Shown here: positions 18,251-27,675 of the stretch, one piece after another
Numbering within the stretch: position 1 is the first letter of the stretch
Layout of the letters: the number at the start of each line of letters is the position of its first letter
Origin: a virus
Strand: one strand, 5' to 3'
IMG/VR virus record: IMGVR_UViG_3300034031_000020
Coordinates: 15,452-79,451 of that record
Length of the DNA stretch: 64,000 nt
The notes under the pieces: generated by a model
Told to the model about the DNA's origin: nothing
Database searches by the model: none
The model's input: only the letters and a program-made list of their open reading frames with translations
Position numbers and translations under genes: made by a program

Positions 18251-18664
18251 TCACCCGAAGCCGAGCCACCGCGTCACCGTCGGCAGGATCCACGACGCCA
18301 ACAGGTAGACCATGGTGACGCAGACCAGGACGTCCCGCCCGATGCCCCACCGCAGGGACCGGCGGCGCAGCTCGTCCATCCCGTCCGACTCCACGTACAC
18401 CCGGGGCACGATCAGGTCCTGGTATCGCGGCTCACCCGCCCGTTCCACCGTGATCCGCCGCGTGGTCTCCCCCACCGGCTTGGCCGGGGCCTCGTTCAGC
18501 GGGACCCGCATCGTCGGGTCCGTCGGATAGTCCGTCGAGGCCGGGTACTCCGGCGGGTCGCCGACGGCGCGGTACCCGGGCGCGTAGCTGGGGCCACCCG
18601 GAGATTCGTTCCGTCGGTGCCGACTGCTGCGACCGCTTCCGCGAGGTGGCGTCTCGAACGTCAT
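18251..18664 (-). CDS. Hypothetical protein with C-terminal membrane helix
   Basis: Likely start MTFETPP at 18664; hydrophobic C-terminus; convergent on hairpin 18125-18191. Confidence 0.55.
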   Translation of the reverse strand: MTFETPPRGSGRSSRHRRNESPGGPSYAPGYRAVGDPPEYPASTDYPTDPTMRVPLNEAPAKPVGETTRRITVERAGEPRYQDLIVPRVYVESDGMDELRRRSLRWGIGRDVLVCVTMVYLLASWILPTVTRWLGFG

Positions 18665-18725
18665 GATCGCAGCGTACGGCGGTCGCTCGCTCGCGCCGAT
18701 CGGCCGAGTTGCTACGATGCGGCGT

Positions 18726-18870
18726 GGCTCGGATGCCCGGAGTGGCCTATCGGGTGACCGGCGGCGGCGGCGTACGAGACGGTAGCTGCGACCGCAGGGA
18801 AGACGGCTGGAGGCTGGAGTGTCTGCCCACCTCACTGGCCCACCGGGGGTTCGAATCCCCCTCTGAGCCA
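18726..18870 (+). ncRNA. tRNA-like RNA with expanded (~90 nt) anticodon/variable region
   Basis: Acceptor GGCTCGGA/TCTGAGCC, D-arm CCCG-GAGTGGCCTAT-CGGG, T-arm GGGGG-TTCGAAT-CCCCC; extended -10 TGcTACGAT at 18710-18718. Confidence 0.65.
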
Positions 18871-18873
18871 CCC

Positions 18874-19395
18874 TCACACCCCGTGACCTGGGAAGACTCT
18901 CCCGAACATCACTCCCCGTGAGATATCACAACGGGTGACGGTAAGGGCAAACGATGATCCAACTGGGGTCACGCAGGGTGAAGTCCGGTCCAGAGCGTGA
19001 CGACTCAGACGGATTGCCGGGTGTCAAGGGGCTGAGCGCAGTAATTCTGAGTGACGGGGAGTGAACCGCAACGCTCTGACCAGGGAAAACGTGGCCTCCC
19101 CGCATTTTATGCAGTCACCCGGAGTGAAAATTACGGAGAGAGAGAATATCGCGCGGCGCGGCGCGCCGCGACCTCTAGATCCACTAAAAAATTGGCCCCC
19201 CACAGGGCTCTGACCAGGCATTACTACACTGAGTTACGATTACTCTGCGTGAGACATAGAGGGATGTAACTCTGGGGGCGTTACGCTCACACACGGTATT
19301 TCCTGGTCATGCATGGTAACGCATAGGGATGCATGGGGGATGCGGGGTGGATGGGGAGGGTCGCCTCTACCCATCACACCATCACGCAACGTGGA
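18874..19395. other. Non-coding lower-GC region with TNAC-N5-GTNA repeats; candidate genome-end/cos region
   Basis: No credible ORF; seven TNAC-N5-GTNA boxes; GAGAGAGAGAA and AAAAAATTGGCCCCCC tracts; CTCTGACCAGG twice. Confidence 0.5.
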
Positions 19396-20994
19396 TCAGT
19401 CGACCAACACCGTAGCTCGCTCGCTGCCCTGAGCGGCAGGGTTCACCTGTGCGCGCAAGACCCGATACGACAGCTCATGTGATGAGTAGATCTCCCTGTC
19501 AAGGATGAACCTGTGTGAATCGCATAGGCCCATGTGCAGGGGCTCCCCATCATGTGGTGCCCACACGTACTCCCCCCACACCATGGCCGCACCCAGCAGT
19601 ACCCACCACTGGGCCCTACCCTCACACCCTGGGTACGCACACCCCCACGGGGTGCACTCCTGGGAGAGCCTGTCGTACAGGTCCGCCCACGCGTGCTCCA
19701 GTAGCCGCCCCCCGTCACGCCCCCCACTCACCTCCTCCTCCATGAGCTGGACCCCCTGGAACCATCCCCCTCCCCGTGGGTGCACGAGGGCGAGCGCGTA
19801 TCCGGGGGGCTGGACAAGGCCCCCGCCGGAGGCCCTCACCATGGGCACCACGGGCGGGCCAGGGTAGGGCAGCCAGCACGACGCACAACACAGCTTCGTC
19901 ATGCGTACGGCCTCGAACTGCACGAACCCCGGCAGACGGGGCGACGGGACGGGGAACATCGCCGTCACGGGGACGGCGGTCGCGGTCACCCCGCAACGGG
20001 GGCAGACCCGGGCGTGCCGGAGCCGGGCGACGTCGCCCTGCGTGAACTGCTCCCACTGCGCGGGGGTGGACCCGGTCGGGATCGCGAGCCGGTACCCCTG
20101 CCGTTCCAGGGTCTGGACCGCGCGTACCGGCCACTCCTGCGGCGTCTCCGCCGGGGGCTGCGCGGTGGACAGGGCGGGCCACTCCGGGTGGCACGCGCGG
20201 CCGAGCCGGAAACCCTGGCGGTGGGCGCGCTGCGGGGTGCTCTGCGTGATGACGATGCCGGGCGGCGGGTCGACCTCCACGATCGAGTACGTAGGTTCCC
20301 GGCGGGCGTAGGCCAGCGCGAGTCCGGCGGCGTCGAGCGCGTAGTCGAAGCCTGGCGGCAGGTCGGGTCCAGGGTAGATCCGCAGCGACTGGGACTCGGA
20401 AAGCGGCGGAGGTCGGAGGGGTTCGACCGCGTTCGGGTTGAGGACGAAGCGGTCGAGGGCGGCCTCGTACCGGCGCGCCAGTTCGCGGAACATCATCCCG
20501 ATCTCGTCGCTCGCCGGGTCGGCTGTTCCGCCGCTCCGCCCGGTCGGTTGCACCTCAAGCCGCAGCGGTGCGACCTCCGTCCGGTCCGGCTCCGGGATGG
20601 CGTCAAGCTCGGCCTGTGTGACCTCGATCGGCCGGTCACTGGGGCGGATGATGTTGTCACCGAGCCAGGACGGCGGAGGCTGTGTCCGGTCGGGTTCGAG
20701 CCCCCCGTACTCGTTGCGGTCCAGGGGGACGCCGCCGGACTGATAGTCGGCGACGACGCTCTGCCTCCACCGGTTGTCGCAACCCTCACCGCAGAACGTG
20801 TCGGCAGGCGACAGCCGGTCGGGGATCGGCTGGCCGCACCATACGCACAGATGTTCGCCGAGGCGCCGGTCAATCTCCGATTGTGGAAGCTCCCTCCCGG
20901 AAGCGGTTGTCCAGTCCCGGTCCAGTAGCCATGTCTGACGGGCCGTCGTGCGACGGGGCAGGCCCCCGTCGCGGAGCTGGTCGTCTGTGGTCAT
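19396..20994 (-). CDS. Large hypothetical protein with several CxxC motifs
   Basis: 532-aa ORF with CVWC..FCGEGC, CPRC, CASC. Confidence 0.7.
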   Translation of the reverse strand: MTTDDQLRDGGLPRRTTARQTWLLDRDWTTASGRELPQSEIDRRLGEHLCVWCGQPIPDRLSPADTFCGEGCDNRWRQSVVADYQSGGVPLDRNEYGGLEPDRTQPPPSWLGDNIIRPSDRPIEVTQAELDAIPEPDRTEVAPLRLEVQPTGRSGGTADPASDEIGMMFRELARRYEAALDRFVLNPNAVEPLRPPPLSESQSLRIYPGPDLPPGFDYALDAAGLALAYARREPTYSIVEVDPPPGIVITQSTPQRAHRQGFRLGRACHPEWPALSTAQPPAETPQEWPVRAVQTLERQGYRLAIPTGSTPAQWEQFTQGDVARLRHARVCPRCGVTATAVPVTAMFPVPSPRLPGFVQFEAVRMTKLCCASCWLPYPGPPVVPMVRASGGGLVQPPGYALALVHPRGGGWFQGVQLMEEEVSGGRDGGRLLEHAWADLYDRLSQECTPWGCAYPGCEGRAQWWVLLGAAMVWGEYVWAPHDGEPLHMGLCDSHRFILDREIYSSHELSYRVLRAQVNPAAQGSERATVLVD

Positions 20995-21090
20995 CGTGGG
21001 GTCCTCTGGTCGCGGCGGCAGTGATCGAAGTGTATAGATCGGCGGCCACGGCCCTGAGGTCGTGGCCGCCGGGTGCTGCGGGTGCTGTGG

Positions 21091-21456
21091 TCAGGCCGTG
21101 CTGTAGGGGTGGCGCCGACGCTGGCGGGGCGTCTCGACCCGGTTGATGGCGTGCTGGCGGATCTTCGCGGCGTCGTCGGGCGCCGGTTGGGCGTGGGTGT
21201 GGGTCACGTGGTGGTCGGACAGTTTTACGAGCGGTAGCCGGTTGAGGTACGGGGCCAGCCAGGCGCGCTTCCCGCCCTTGCGGGCGTCGAGGACGTCACC
21301 GCCGTGACGCAGGCACAGCACCATTTTCTGACCGGGCTGGTACTCGCGCCCGGCGAACTCCCCGCCGAGGGCGTACAGCACGACCCGGCCGGGTTCGGTG
21401 CACCGGTGTTTGAGGGTGACGACGCAGGGTGTGACGTCGTCGGAGGGGATGACCAT
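21091..21456 (-). CDS. Hypothetical protein
   Basis: Part of a coupled leftward gene string. Confidence 0.55.
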   Translation of the reverse strand: MVIPSDDVTPCVVTLKHRCTEPGRVVLYALGGEFAGREYQPGQKMVLCLRHGGDVLDARKGGKRAWLAPYLNRLPLVKLSDHHVTHTHAQPAPDDAAKIRQHAINRVETPRQRRRHPYSTA

Positions 21457-21657
21457 CAGTGGTCCTTCCGGGGGTCGACCGTGACGGACTGCCCGTCGTA
21501 GGTCATGTGGATCGGGGTGTGTGACCGGAACGCGTCGGCGACCTCGGAGGTGAGCTCACCGACGAACTCGCCGGTCGACGAGTCGAAGACGTAGATCTTC
21601 GACGTCCGGTTAGCGACCTCGATGGGTTCCGTGTAGCGGGTGAGGGTGTGCGCGGCG

Positions 21658-22179
21658 TCAGGCACTGGGACCGCCTCCGACTCGCCCTGCGTAGTCGATG
21701 TGCGGCTGACCGGCGACGCACATCGCGCCGCAGTACGTGCAGTGGTATTGGCCGAGCGGCGCGCCGACGAGCTGTTGCGGGTCCCACGGCCACGGGCACC
21801 GTTCGCCCTCCTCGTTGAGGGGGGCGATAATGTCGGTCCGGTCGGCCAGGTTGAGACCAACCGCGCTGGACGGCCGGATGTCCTGCCAGTGGCTCCGGTC
21901 GGTGTTGGCCCATCTCCAGAGGGAGGTCCGGACGCGCTCGCCGGGGGCCTCCATGATGATGGTGGGGTCGGTGTTGGTCCTGAACGGTGCGTCCTGGCCG
22001 TACAGGTTCACGGAGTAGGTCTCGGTGGGGGTCAGGCGGTCGAGGACCTGCCGGACCGCGTATCGGATCAGGTCGCGGTCGCCTTCGAGCCGGGCGTAGA
22101 CCACGTCTCGGACACCGGCGGCCCGGTCCTCGTCGTTGCGGATGTGGCGCTCGACGATGACGAGGAAGAACGTCTTCAT
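21658..22179 (-). CDS. Hypothetical protein with C-terminal Zn-finger-like motif
   Basis: Start MKTFFLV after GGGAAAGG; CPW...HCTYC...H. Confidence 0.65.
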   Translation of the reverse strand: MKTFFLVIVERHIRNDEDRAAGVRDVVYARLEGDRDLIRYAVRQVLDRLTPTETYSVNLYGQDAPFRTNTDPTIIMEAPGERVRTSLWRWANTDRSHWQDIRPSSAVGLNLADRTDIIAPLNEEGERCPWPWDPQQLVGAPLGQYHCTYCGAMCVAGQPHIDYAGRVGGGPSA

Positions 22180-22181
22180 GG

Positions 22182-22469
22182 TCAGCCTTTCCCGGGGGTA
22201 CACAGGGATGGGAGGACGATCTGGATCTCGTCGAGCCCGCGCTGGATCAGGTCGACGGGCTGACCGAGCAGGGTTTGCGTGCTCGGGTGCCCCCCGAATC
22301 CGCCCCCCTCGTGCCAGTCGCCCGCGAAGTCGGGGGACCGCTTGATCCGCTCCCACAGGCGGGTGGGGATGCGCCACCGGCTACGGTGCCGGTGCTGTGT
22401 CGCGATGGTGGACAGGTCGTCGAACAGGTGTCGTCGGCAGGGGGTCCAGGTGGTGTCGTCGGCAGTCAT
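22182..22469 (-). CDS. Hypothetical protein
   Basis: Start MTADDTTW after GGGAAAAGGA. Confidence 0.55.
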   Translation of the reverse strand: MTADDTTWTPCRRHLFDDLSTIATQHRHRSRWRIPTRLWERIKRSPDFAGDWHEGGGFGGHPSTQTLLGQPVDLIQRGLDEIQIVLPSLCTPGKG

Positions 22470-22483
22470 GGTCCTTTTCCCGG

Positions 22484-22891
22484 TCATATCTGGCCCTGGC
22501 CGGACTCCGGCAGGGTCGAACGGCGGCGGCCCCGGGCTTTGTTGAAGTCCTCGGCGCACACCCTGTGACATGGCACTCCTTTCGGTGACAGCATCATGGC
22601 GGGTTTCGTGCACATCACGCACGGTTGCGGTTTCCACGCCCTGGCCTGGCTCCACCCGTCGTCCTGGGTGAGGATGAACTCGTAGTCCACCCCCACCGGG
22701 TCCGGCGCGGTCAGCCCGTGGGCGTCGGGGTCCGGCGGCGGCGGTGGGTCGCTGAGCCTCCAGTACGTGAGGCTGTTCGGGCAGAGTTGGCAGGACGGCA
22801 GGTTCCCGGCGCCCTCGCATACCCGCTGGTCGTAGGCGACGACCGCCCCGCCGAACCCTCGGCTCGGTTCCATGTGGCACCGGGCGCTCAT
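22484..22891 (-). CDS. Cys-rich hypothetical protein
   Basis: Coupled ORF with CQLC and CVMC..CH..C. Confidence 0.55.
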   Translation of the reverse strand: MSARCHMEPSRGFGGAVVAYDQRVCEGAGNLPSCQLCPNSLTYWRLSDPPPPPDPDAHGLTAPDPVGVDYEFILTQDDGWSQARAWKPQPCVMCTKPAMMLSPKGVPCHRVCAEDFNKARGRRRSTLPESGQGQI

Positions 22892-23139
22892 GACCACGCC
22901 GGAGGACTGTGGCGCCAGGTGTTCGGCGGGTCGGCGGCGTCGGGCCGTAGCCAGGCCGCGACGCCCGCCGGGTCGGTGACTCCCTGCGTGGCGTAGATGT
23001 CGTTCGCGTGCGGCCAGCACACGGCGAAGGTGTCGCCGGGACTCCAGTCCTGTCCGGCGAGTCGGCCCGTCTCTGCGGCGGTGAACACAGCCTCTCCGGC
23101 CCGCTCGCATCCGGGGGCGATGCATCCGGTGGTTGTCAT
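22888..23139 (-). CDS. Hypothetical protein
   Basis: ATGA coupling, GGGAGG RBS. Confidence 0.55.
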   Translation of the reverse strand: MTTTGCIAPGCERAGEAVFTAAETGRLAGQDWSPGDTFAVCWPHANDIYATQGVTDPAGVAAWLRPDAADPPNTWRHSPPAWS

Positions 23140-23364
23140 GCCCTCCCGCGCTTCCTGTGCTCGATGTTCTGGTGGGCGTCGCGGGCCTCGGGGGTCGGGG
23201 CCCACCACAGGCACTCCGGGCATTGCAGGTCGACGGCGGTCGCCGGTGATGACGCCCGCAGGGTTTTCCCCCACTGCCAAGGCCATTGGTTCGTGGCGAG
23301 CAGCGCGGACACCCCGGCGAGGATGATGACGCCCGCGACGAGTCCCAGGATCGTGGACACCCAG

Positions 23365-23655
23365 TCAGCCGCGCTCACGGCGGGCCTCCCGCTGCCGGGC
23401 GGCGAGCTCTTCCGCGTCAAGCTCAGCCATGTACGCGTCCCGGTCGAACGGCCCGCACTCGACGGGTTCGATGGTGACGCAGCGGCGCAGGACCGGGTCG
23501 TGCAGGTACGGGACGAGTTCCTCGGCGGCGGCGTACAGGGCACCGGCGTGGGTCCAGAACCGGCGCGGGGAGATGTAGGGGCCCTCGGAGGTGCCGTCGG
23601 GCAGGGTGAAGGTGAAGGCGGTCCCCCACCGGCGGCGCGGCCAACGGATCCTCAT
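23365..23655 (-). CDS. Hypothetical protein
   Basis: MRIRWPRRRW start after GAGGAGAGG. Confidence 0.55.
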   Translation of the reverse strand: MRIRWPRRRWGTAFTFTLPDGTSEGPYISPRRFWTHAGALYAAAEELVPYLHDPVLRRCVTIEPVECGPFDRDAYMAELDAEELAARQREARRERG

Positions 23656-23909
23656 GGCCTCTCCTCGTATCCGGCGGGGAACGGCGGGATCGGACTGTCC
23701 GTGACGACGACCCCGGTGGGGTGGGCGCGCAGGGCGGGCGGGATGTCCTCGCTGGCCCCGACCTCCGGCCACCCCGAGATGTCGATCCCCGACGGGTCCG
23801 GGTGATCGTCGGCGGGCGGGCGCGGTGCGCAGAAGTAGGCCCACGACCCGTCGGCGAGCTGCGACCACCACTCGTCGAGGGCCGGACGGTCGTTGTCCGG
23901 CCGAGTCAC
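23652..23909 (-). CDS. Hypothetical protein
   Basis: GTGA/ATGA coupling. Confidence 0.5.
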   Translation of the reverse strand: MTRPDNDRPALDEWWSQLADGSWAYFCAPRPPADDHPDPSGIDISGWPEVGASEDIPPALRAHPTGVVVTDSPIPPFPAGYEERP

Positions 23910-24175
23910 CGAGCACCCCCCAGGGGTGCCGAGGTGAGGGCGACGGGGGTTTCGGCCGGGCGCCGGGCGACGGAGGTCCCCCGGTGCTGGCAGGGGCACC
24001 GGTCGCCGCACTCGGCGTGGAGCTTGACGACGGCGGCGGCGACGGCGAGTGCGAACACCCCCTCCTCACCGTCGAGCCCCTCACGGCCATACCAGGGGTC
24101 GTCGTAGTCGCGGGTGAACAGGTCGGTCGCCGCTACCGTGAGATCGGCGGCGGTCTTACAGTTCAGGCACAGCAT
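23906..24175 (-). CDS. Hypothetical protein
   Basis: AAGGA RBS; CLNC...H.EC..C.CQH. Confidence 0.6.
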   Translation of the reverse strand: MLCLNCKTAADLTVAATDLFTRDYDDPWYGREGLDGEEGVFALAVAAAVVKLHAECGDRCPCQHRGTSVARRPAETPVALTSAPLGGAR

Positions 24176-24240
24176 GGCGTGTCCTTGGCGTGTCGGCAGG
24201 GATGGTGCTTACCACCAGAGTATGACGGGAGCTGGGTTTT

Positions 24241-25140
24241 GTGGAGAGGGTAATCGTCAGGGAACATTTACCGTCGCATCCTCGTCTAGGTCGGAACGTG
24301 AACCACGACTCGGCGAGCCGTACCTACAGAGTGGCCCCCCTGCGGTCCCTCGCCGACCTCGGTCCCGTCCGGCACGCCGCGCAGATCCCCGTCCTCGATC
24401 AGGGCGCCCTCGGGTCGTGCACGGGGAACAGTGGCGTCGCGGCCATCTACCGGGCCCCGTTCGTCGCCGGTGTCGTGAAGCCGTGGAGCTACCCGGCCAC
24501 CCAGGACGGCGCGGTGAGCCTCTACAGCGACGCGACCGCGCTGGACCCGTTCCAGGGCACCTACCCGCCTGACGACACCGGCTCCGACGGCCTGTCCATC
24601 GCCAAGGCGCTCAAGGCGAAAGGGATCATCTCCGGCTACCTGTGGGCGTTCAGCATCGAGGAAGCGCTGGGTCAGCTCATGAAGACGCCCCTGATCACGG
24701 GGGTGCCCTGGTACCACAGCATGTTCGAGACCACCTCGCAGGGCCGCGCCGGACATGTCCGCATCGACAAGGCGTCAGGGATGGCCGGTGGTCATGAGAT
24801 CTGCGTCGACGAACTGATCCCGGTGGGTGCCGACTTCATGCAGTGGTACGTGGGTGGCCCGAACTCGTGGGGGACGTCATGGGGTGACGGTGGCCGCTGG
24901 TACTGGACGGTCGCGGAGTGGAAGTGGTTGCTCGACCAGCGCGGTGACGTGACCGCGTTCGTCGCGAAGACGCAACCCACCCCCGACCCGACCCCGGCGC
25001 CTGACGGTGACGCCGTCACGGTGGCGGGTGACAAGCTGTGGGCGGCCACGCGGGTGTGGGCGGGCGCCCCGCACACCGGGTCGAACGCGAAGGCGGCCAC
25101 CTCGGTTCGCCGGTGGGCCCGGGAGACGGGTCGCGCGTGA
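24241..25140 (+). CDS. Papain-like (C1) cysteine peptidase
   Basis: LDQGALGSCTG (oxyanion Gln, catalytic Cys), GGHEI (His), NSWGTSWGDGG (Asn). Confidence 0.85.
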   Translation: MERVIVREHLPSHPRLGRNVNHDSASRTYRVAPLRSLADLGPVRHAAQIPVLDQGALGSCTGNSGVAAIYRAPFVAGVVKPWSYPATQDGAVSLYSDATALDPFQGTYPPDDTGSDGLSIAKALKAKGIISGYLWAFSIEEALGQLMKTPLITGVPWYHSMFETTSQGRAGHVRIDKASGMAGGHEICVDELIPVGADFMQWYVGGPNSWGTSWGDGGRWYWTVAEWKWLLDQRGDVTAFVAKTQPTPDPTPAPDGDAVTVAGDKLWAATRVWAGAPHTGSNAKAATSVRRWARETGRA

Positions 25141-25610
25141 ACGTCGTCGTGCCGGGTCCGGCGGCGGTGCGGGTGACGCCGTGGCGCGGATACCGGGCGT
25201 ACCTGTCCAGGCCGCACGACGGTGACTCGTTCTGGGTCGTGTACGACGCCGGGTGTGATGTGCGGGTCGAGCCGGAGCTTCGGCTGGCTGACGTCAGCGC
25301 GCCGGAGCTGCTCATCCGGATCCCCCGGGGCGCGCAGCCCGGCGCGGTGGAGGCGACGAGCTTCGTCAACGACTGGATGACGGTCGCGGCGTCGGCGGCA
25401 GGTGGGCGCCGGTGGCCGCTGTGGATCGAGACGGCGATGACGTCGACGCTGGAACCGAACGAGCGGTGGACGTTCCGCCGGGTCGTCGCGAAGGTGTGGC
25501 GGGTCGTGGACTGCCCGTCGTGGGGCCTGCCCCCGGCGGACACGTTGTCACTGAACGCGGCCGTCCAGACGTACCTCTCCGGTCACCCCGAATGGCCACC
25601 GGGCCAGTGA
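25137..25610 (+). CDS. Thermonuclease (SNase)-like protein
   Basis: HDGDSF...D.G...LRLADVSAPEL motifs. Confidence 0.65.
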   Translation: MNVVVPGPAAVRVTPWRGYRAYLSRPHDGDSFWVVYDAGCDVRVEPELRLADVSAPELLIRIPRGAQPGAVEATSFVNDWMTVAASAAGGRRWPLWIETAMTSTLEPNERWTFRRVVAKVWRVVDCPSWGLPPADTLSLNAAVQTYLSGHPEWPPGQ

Positions 25611-25712
25611 TCTACTTACCGGGTGAGCTGACCGAGGTCCTGTTCACGGTTGCGCTGGTGTCTGCCAGCGCGGCCGTGCCCGCGCTGGTCGACTGGATCT
25701 GGGGAGGCGACC

Positions 25713-26093
25713 ATGACGGCTGAACCGCGCGAGCCCGGCGAGGTGGAGAAGGCCGTGGAGACCGACCTGGCCGGGATCGACCGGCTCGGTACCGGCAAGG
25801 TCTTCCTCGCGGCGAGCGCGAGGAAGTTGGCCAGGGCGATCGACGCCCGGGGTGACGACGAGGCGCCGTCGGCGCTGGCGAAGGCGGTCGACTCCCTATT
25901 CAAGGTCATGGCGGCCCTGATGGCGAAGGATGGGACAGGCCATGACGACCTCAAACAGCTCCAAGGGCTCTTCGGCAGTCCTGACGCAGGAAGCTCTTCG
26001 GTGTCCCCCGCGCTTCGGTACCCGCCGGAGCCTGGACCGGCCAACGGTCGGACCCGCAATCGCCAAGGTCGCAAGGGCGCTCGACCCGAGTAA
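25713..26093 (+). CDS. terS: Terminase small subunit (probable)
   Basis: GEVEKAVETDL...LARAID pattern; immediately precedes and overlaps terL; GGAGG RBS. Confidence 0.65.
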   Translation: MTAEPREPGEVEKAVETDLAGIDRLGTGKVFLAASARKLARAIDARGDDEAPSALAKAVDSLFKVMAALMAKDGTGHDDLKQLQGLFGSPDAGSSSVSPALRYPPEPGPANGRTRNRQGRKGARPE

Positions 26094-27591
26094 GGAATCC
26101 CTACCCCACCAGCGGTACATGTACGACGTGATCGGCGAACTGGACCCGGAGACCGGGCTGTTCGCGTACGACGACGTCACCCTAGTCGGGCCCCGGCAGG
26201 TCACCGGGAAGACCGAGTTCCTGTTGCCCCTGATGGCGTGGAGGTGCACCGGCCTCGGACATGAGGTCGTCGAGTTCGCGCGGCGGGAGTTCGGCATCGA
26301 CGTCCCCGAGCCGGGACCACAGAAAGTCATGTACACGGCGCAGCGGGCGGAGGACGCCCGGCAGAAGTGGCGGGACGTCCACGTCGAGCGGATCAAAGAG
26401 TCCCCGATGCGGGCGCTGTGGTCGAAGCCGCCCCGGCTCCGGCTCGCCGCTGAGGCCATGTTCTGGCGCAACGGGTCCGTGTGGGTGCCGGGTTCGACGA
26501 CGGGGAAGTCCGCCGGTACCGGTGACCAGCTCGACCTCGGCGTCATCGATGAGATGTGGGCGCAGACGGACGGCGGGACGGAGATCGGGATGCGCCCGAC
26601 GATGCTGACCCGGCCGTGGCGGCAGTTGGTCCGGGCCAGCATGGTCCCGGGCCTGTCGCGGGTGGCGCCGGAGAAGTGGGCGTACATGCGGCAGAAGATG
26701 TCCGCCGGGCGCGCGAAGGTCGAAGCGGACCTGCGGCACGGTTCGGCGTACTTCGAGTGGTCGGCGCCGCCGGACGCGGCGCCGTCGGACCCGGACACGT
26801 GGTGGAACTGTATGCCCGCCCTGGGGTACACGGTGCCGTTGAAGAACGTCCAGTCGGACTTCGACGACCTCGACCTGATCGACTTCTGCGCGGAGTATCT
26901 GGGCTGGCCACCGACCGGCGCGCTACCCATGTGGAGCGTCATCTCGGAGCAGACGTGGGCGGACCTGTGGCACCCGGGCCGGTATCAGGAACCCATCGCG
27001 ATCGGGGTCGACTCGAACCCGGAACTGACCGTTGCGTCGCTGGGGATGGCCGCGCAGTGCACCGACGGCGGGGACATCCACCTGGAGCTAATTGATCGCA
27101 GGGCTGGCGTCAACTGGCTCGTAGAGGCGATCCTGTCCATATGCAGGTCACAACCCGTGTGCGCGGTCGGCATCGACCGCAACGGTCCGTTAGCGGGCAT
27201 TGTGCGACCGTTGCAGCGTGCGGCGGAGGAGCAGCGGCTGGACATCACCATCGCCGGGAACCACGAACAGGGCCTGAACTCGGCCGAGGTCGCGGCGGCG
27301 TGCGCGCAGCTCTACAACGAGACAGGGGAGCACGATGACGATGATCCCGAGGCCGAGGCGGCGACCCTTCGCCGTGTGCGTCACATCGGCCAGGAGGAGC
27401 TCACAGCGGCCGTCGGCGGCGCGGTCCGGCACTACCAGGGGGACCGGTGGCGGTGGCACCGGGCGGGGTCCGCTATCGACGTCTCCCCTCTGTACTCGGT
27501 CACTCTGGCGCGAGCTGCGGGTGAGGCTGAGGAGTGGATGGGCGGCGCCTATGACATCACTACCTCCCTCGGTGGGGCTGTTCGCCAGTGA
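25930..27591 (+). CDS. terL: Terminase large subunit
   Basis: PHQ, GPRQVTGKT (Walker A), GVIDE (Walker B), IGVD and IDVSPL nuclease motifs; start may be 25942. Confidence 0.9.
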   Translation: MGQAMTTSNSSKGSSAVLTQEALRCPPRFGTRRSLDRPTVGPAIAKVARALDPSKESLPHQRYMYDVIGELDPETGLFAYDDVTLVGPRQVTGKTEFLLPLMAWRCTGLGHEVVEFARREFGIDVPEPGPQKVMYTAQRAEDARQKWRDVHVERIKESPMRALWSKPPRLRLAAEAMFWRNGSVWVPGSTTGKSAGTGDQLDLGVIDEMWAQTDGGTEIGMRPTMLTRPWRQLVRASMVPGLSRVAPEKWAYMRQKMSAGRAKVEADLRHGSAYFEWSAPPDAAPSDPDTWWNCMPALGYTVPLKNVQSDFDDLDLIDFCAEYLGWPPTGALPMWSVISEQTWADLWHPGRYQEPIAIGVDSNPELTVASLGMAAQCTDGGDIHLELIDRRAGVNWLVEAILSICRSQPVCAVGIDRNGPLAGIVRPLQRAAEEQRLDITIAGNHEQGLNSAEVAAACAQLYNETGEHDDDDPEAEAATLRRVRHIGQEELTAAVGGAVRHYQGDRWRWHRAGSAIDVSPLYSVTLARAAGEAEEWMGGAYDITTSLGGAVRQ

Positions 27592-27675
27592 CGCGGCCCG
27601 GGTCCGGGTCGGATATGGCCTCGCCCCGATCTATCTCCCCCCGCCGCCGGTGTCGATCCTCTCCATGTTGACGAC

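Noticed and set aside
18845-18870. T-arm sequence as an attP/attR tRNA remnant
   Set aside because: The matching 5' acceptor strand, D-arm and promoter are present and no integrase is nearby, so it fits a self-contained RNA better.
25930-26093. Long terS/terL overlap as a novel recoding event
   Set aside because: Such overlaps are common in actinophage terminase pairs and no slippery site was evident.
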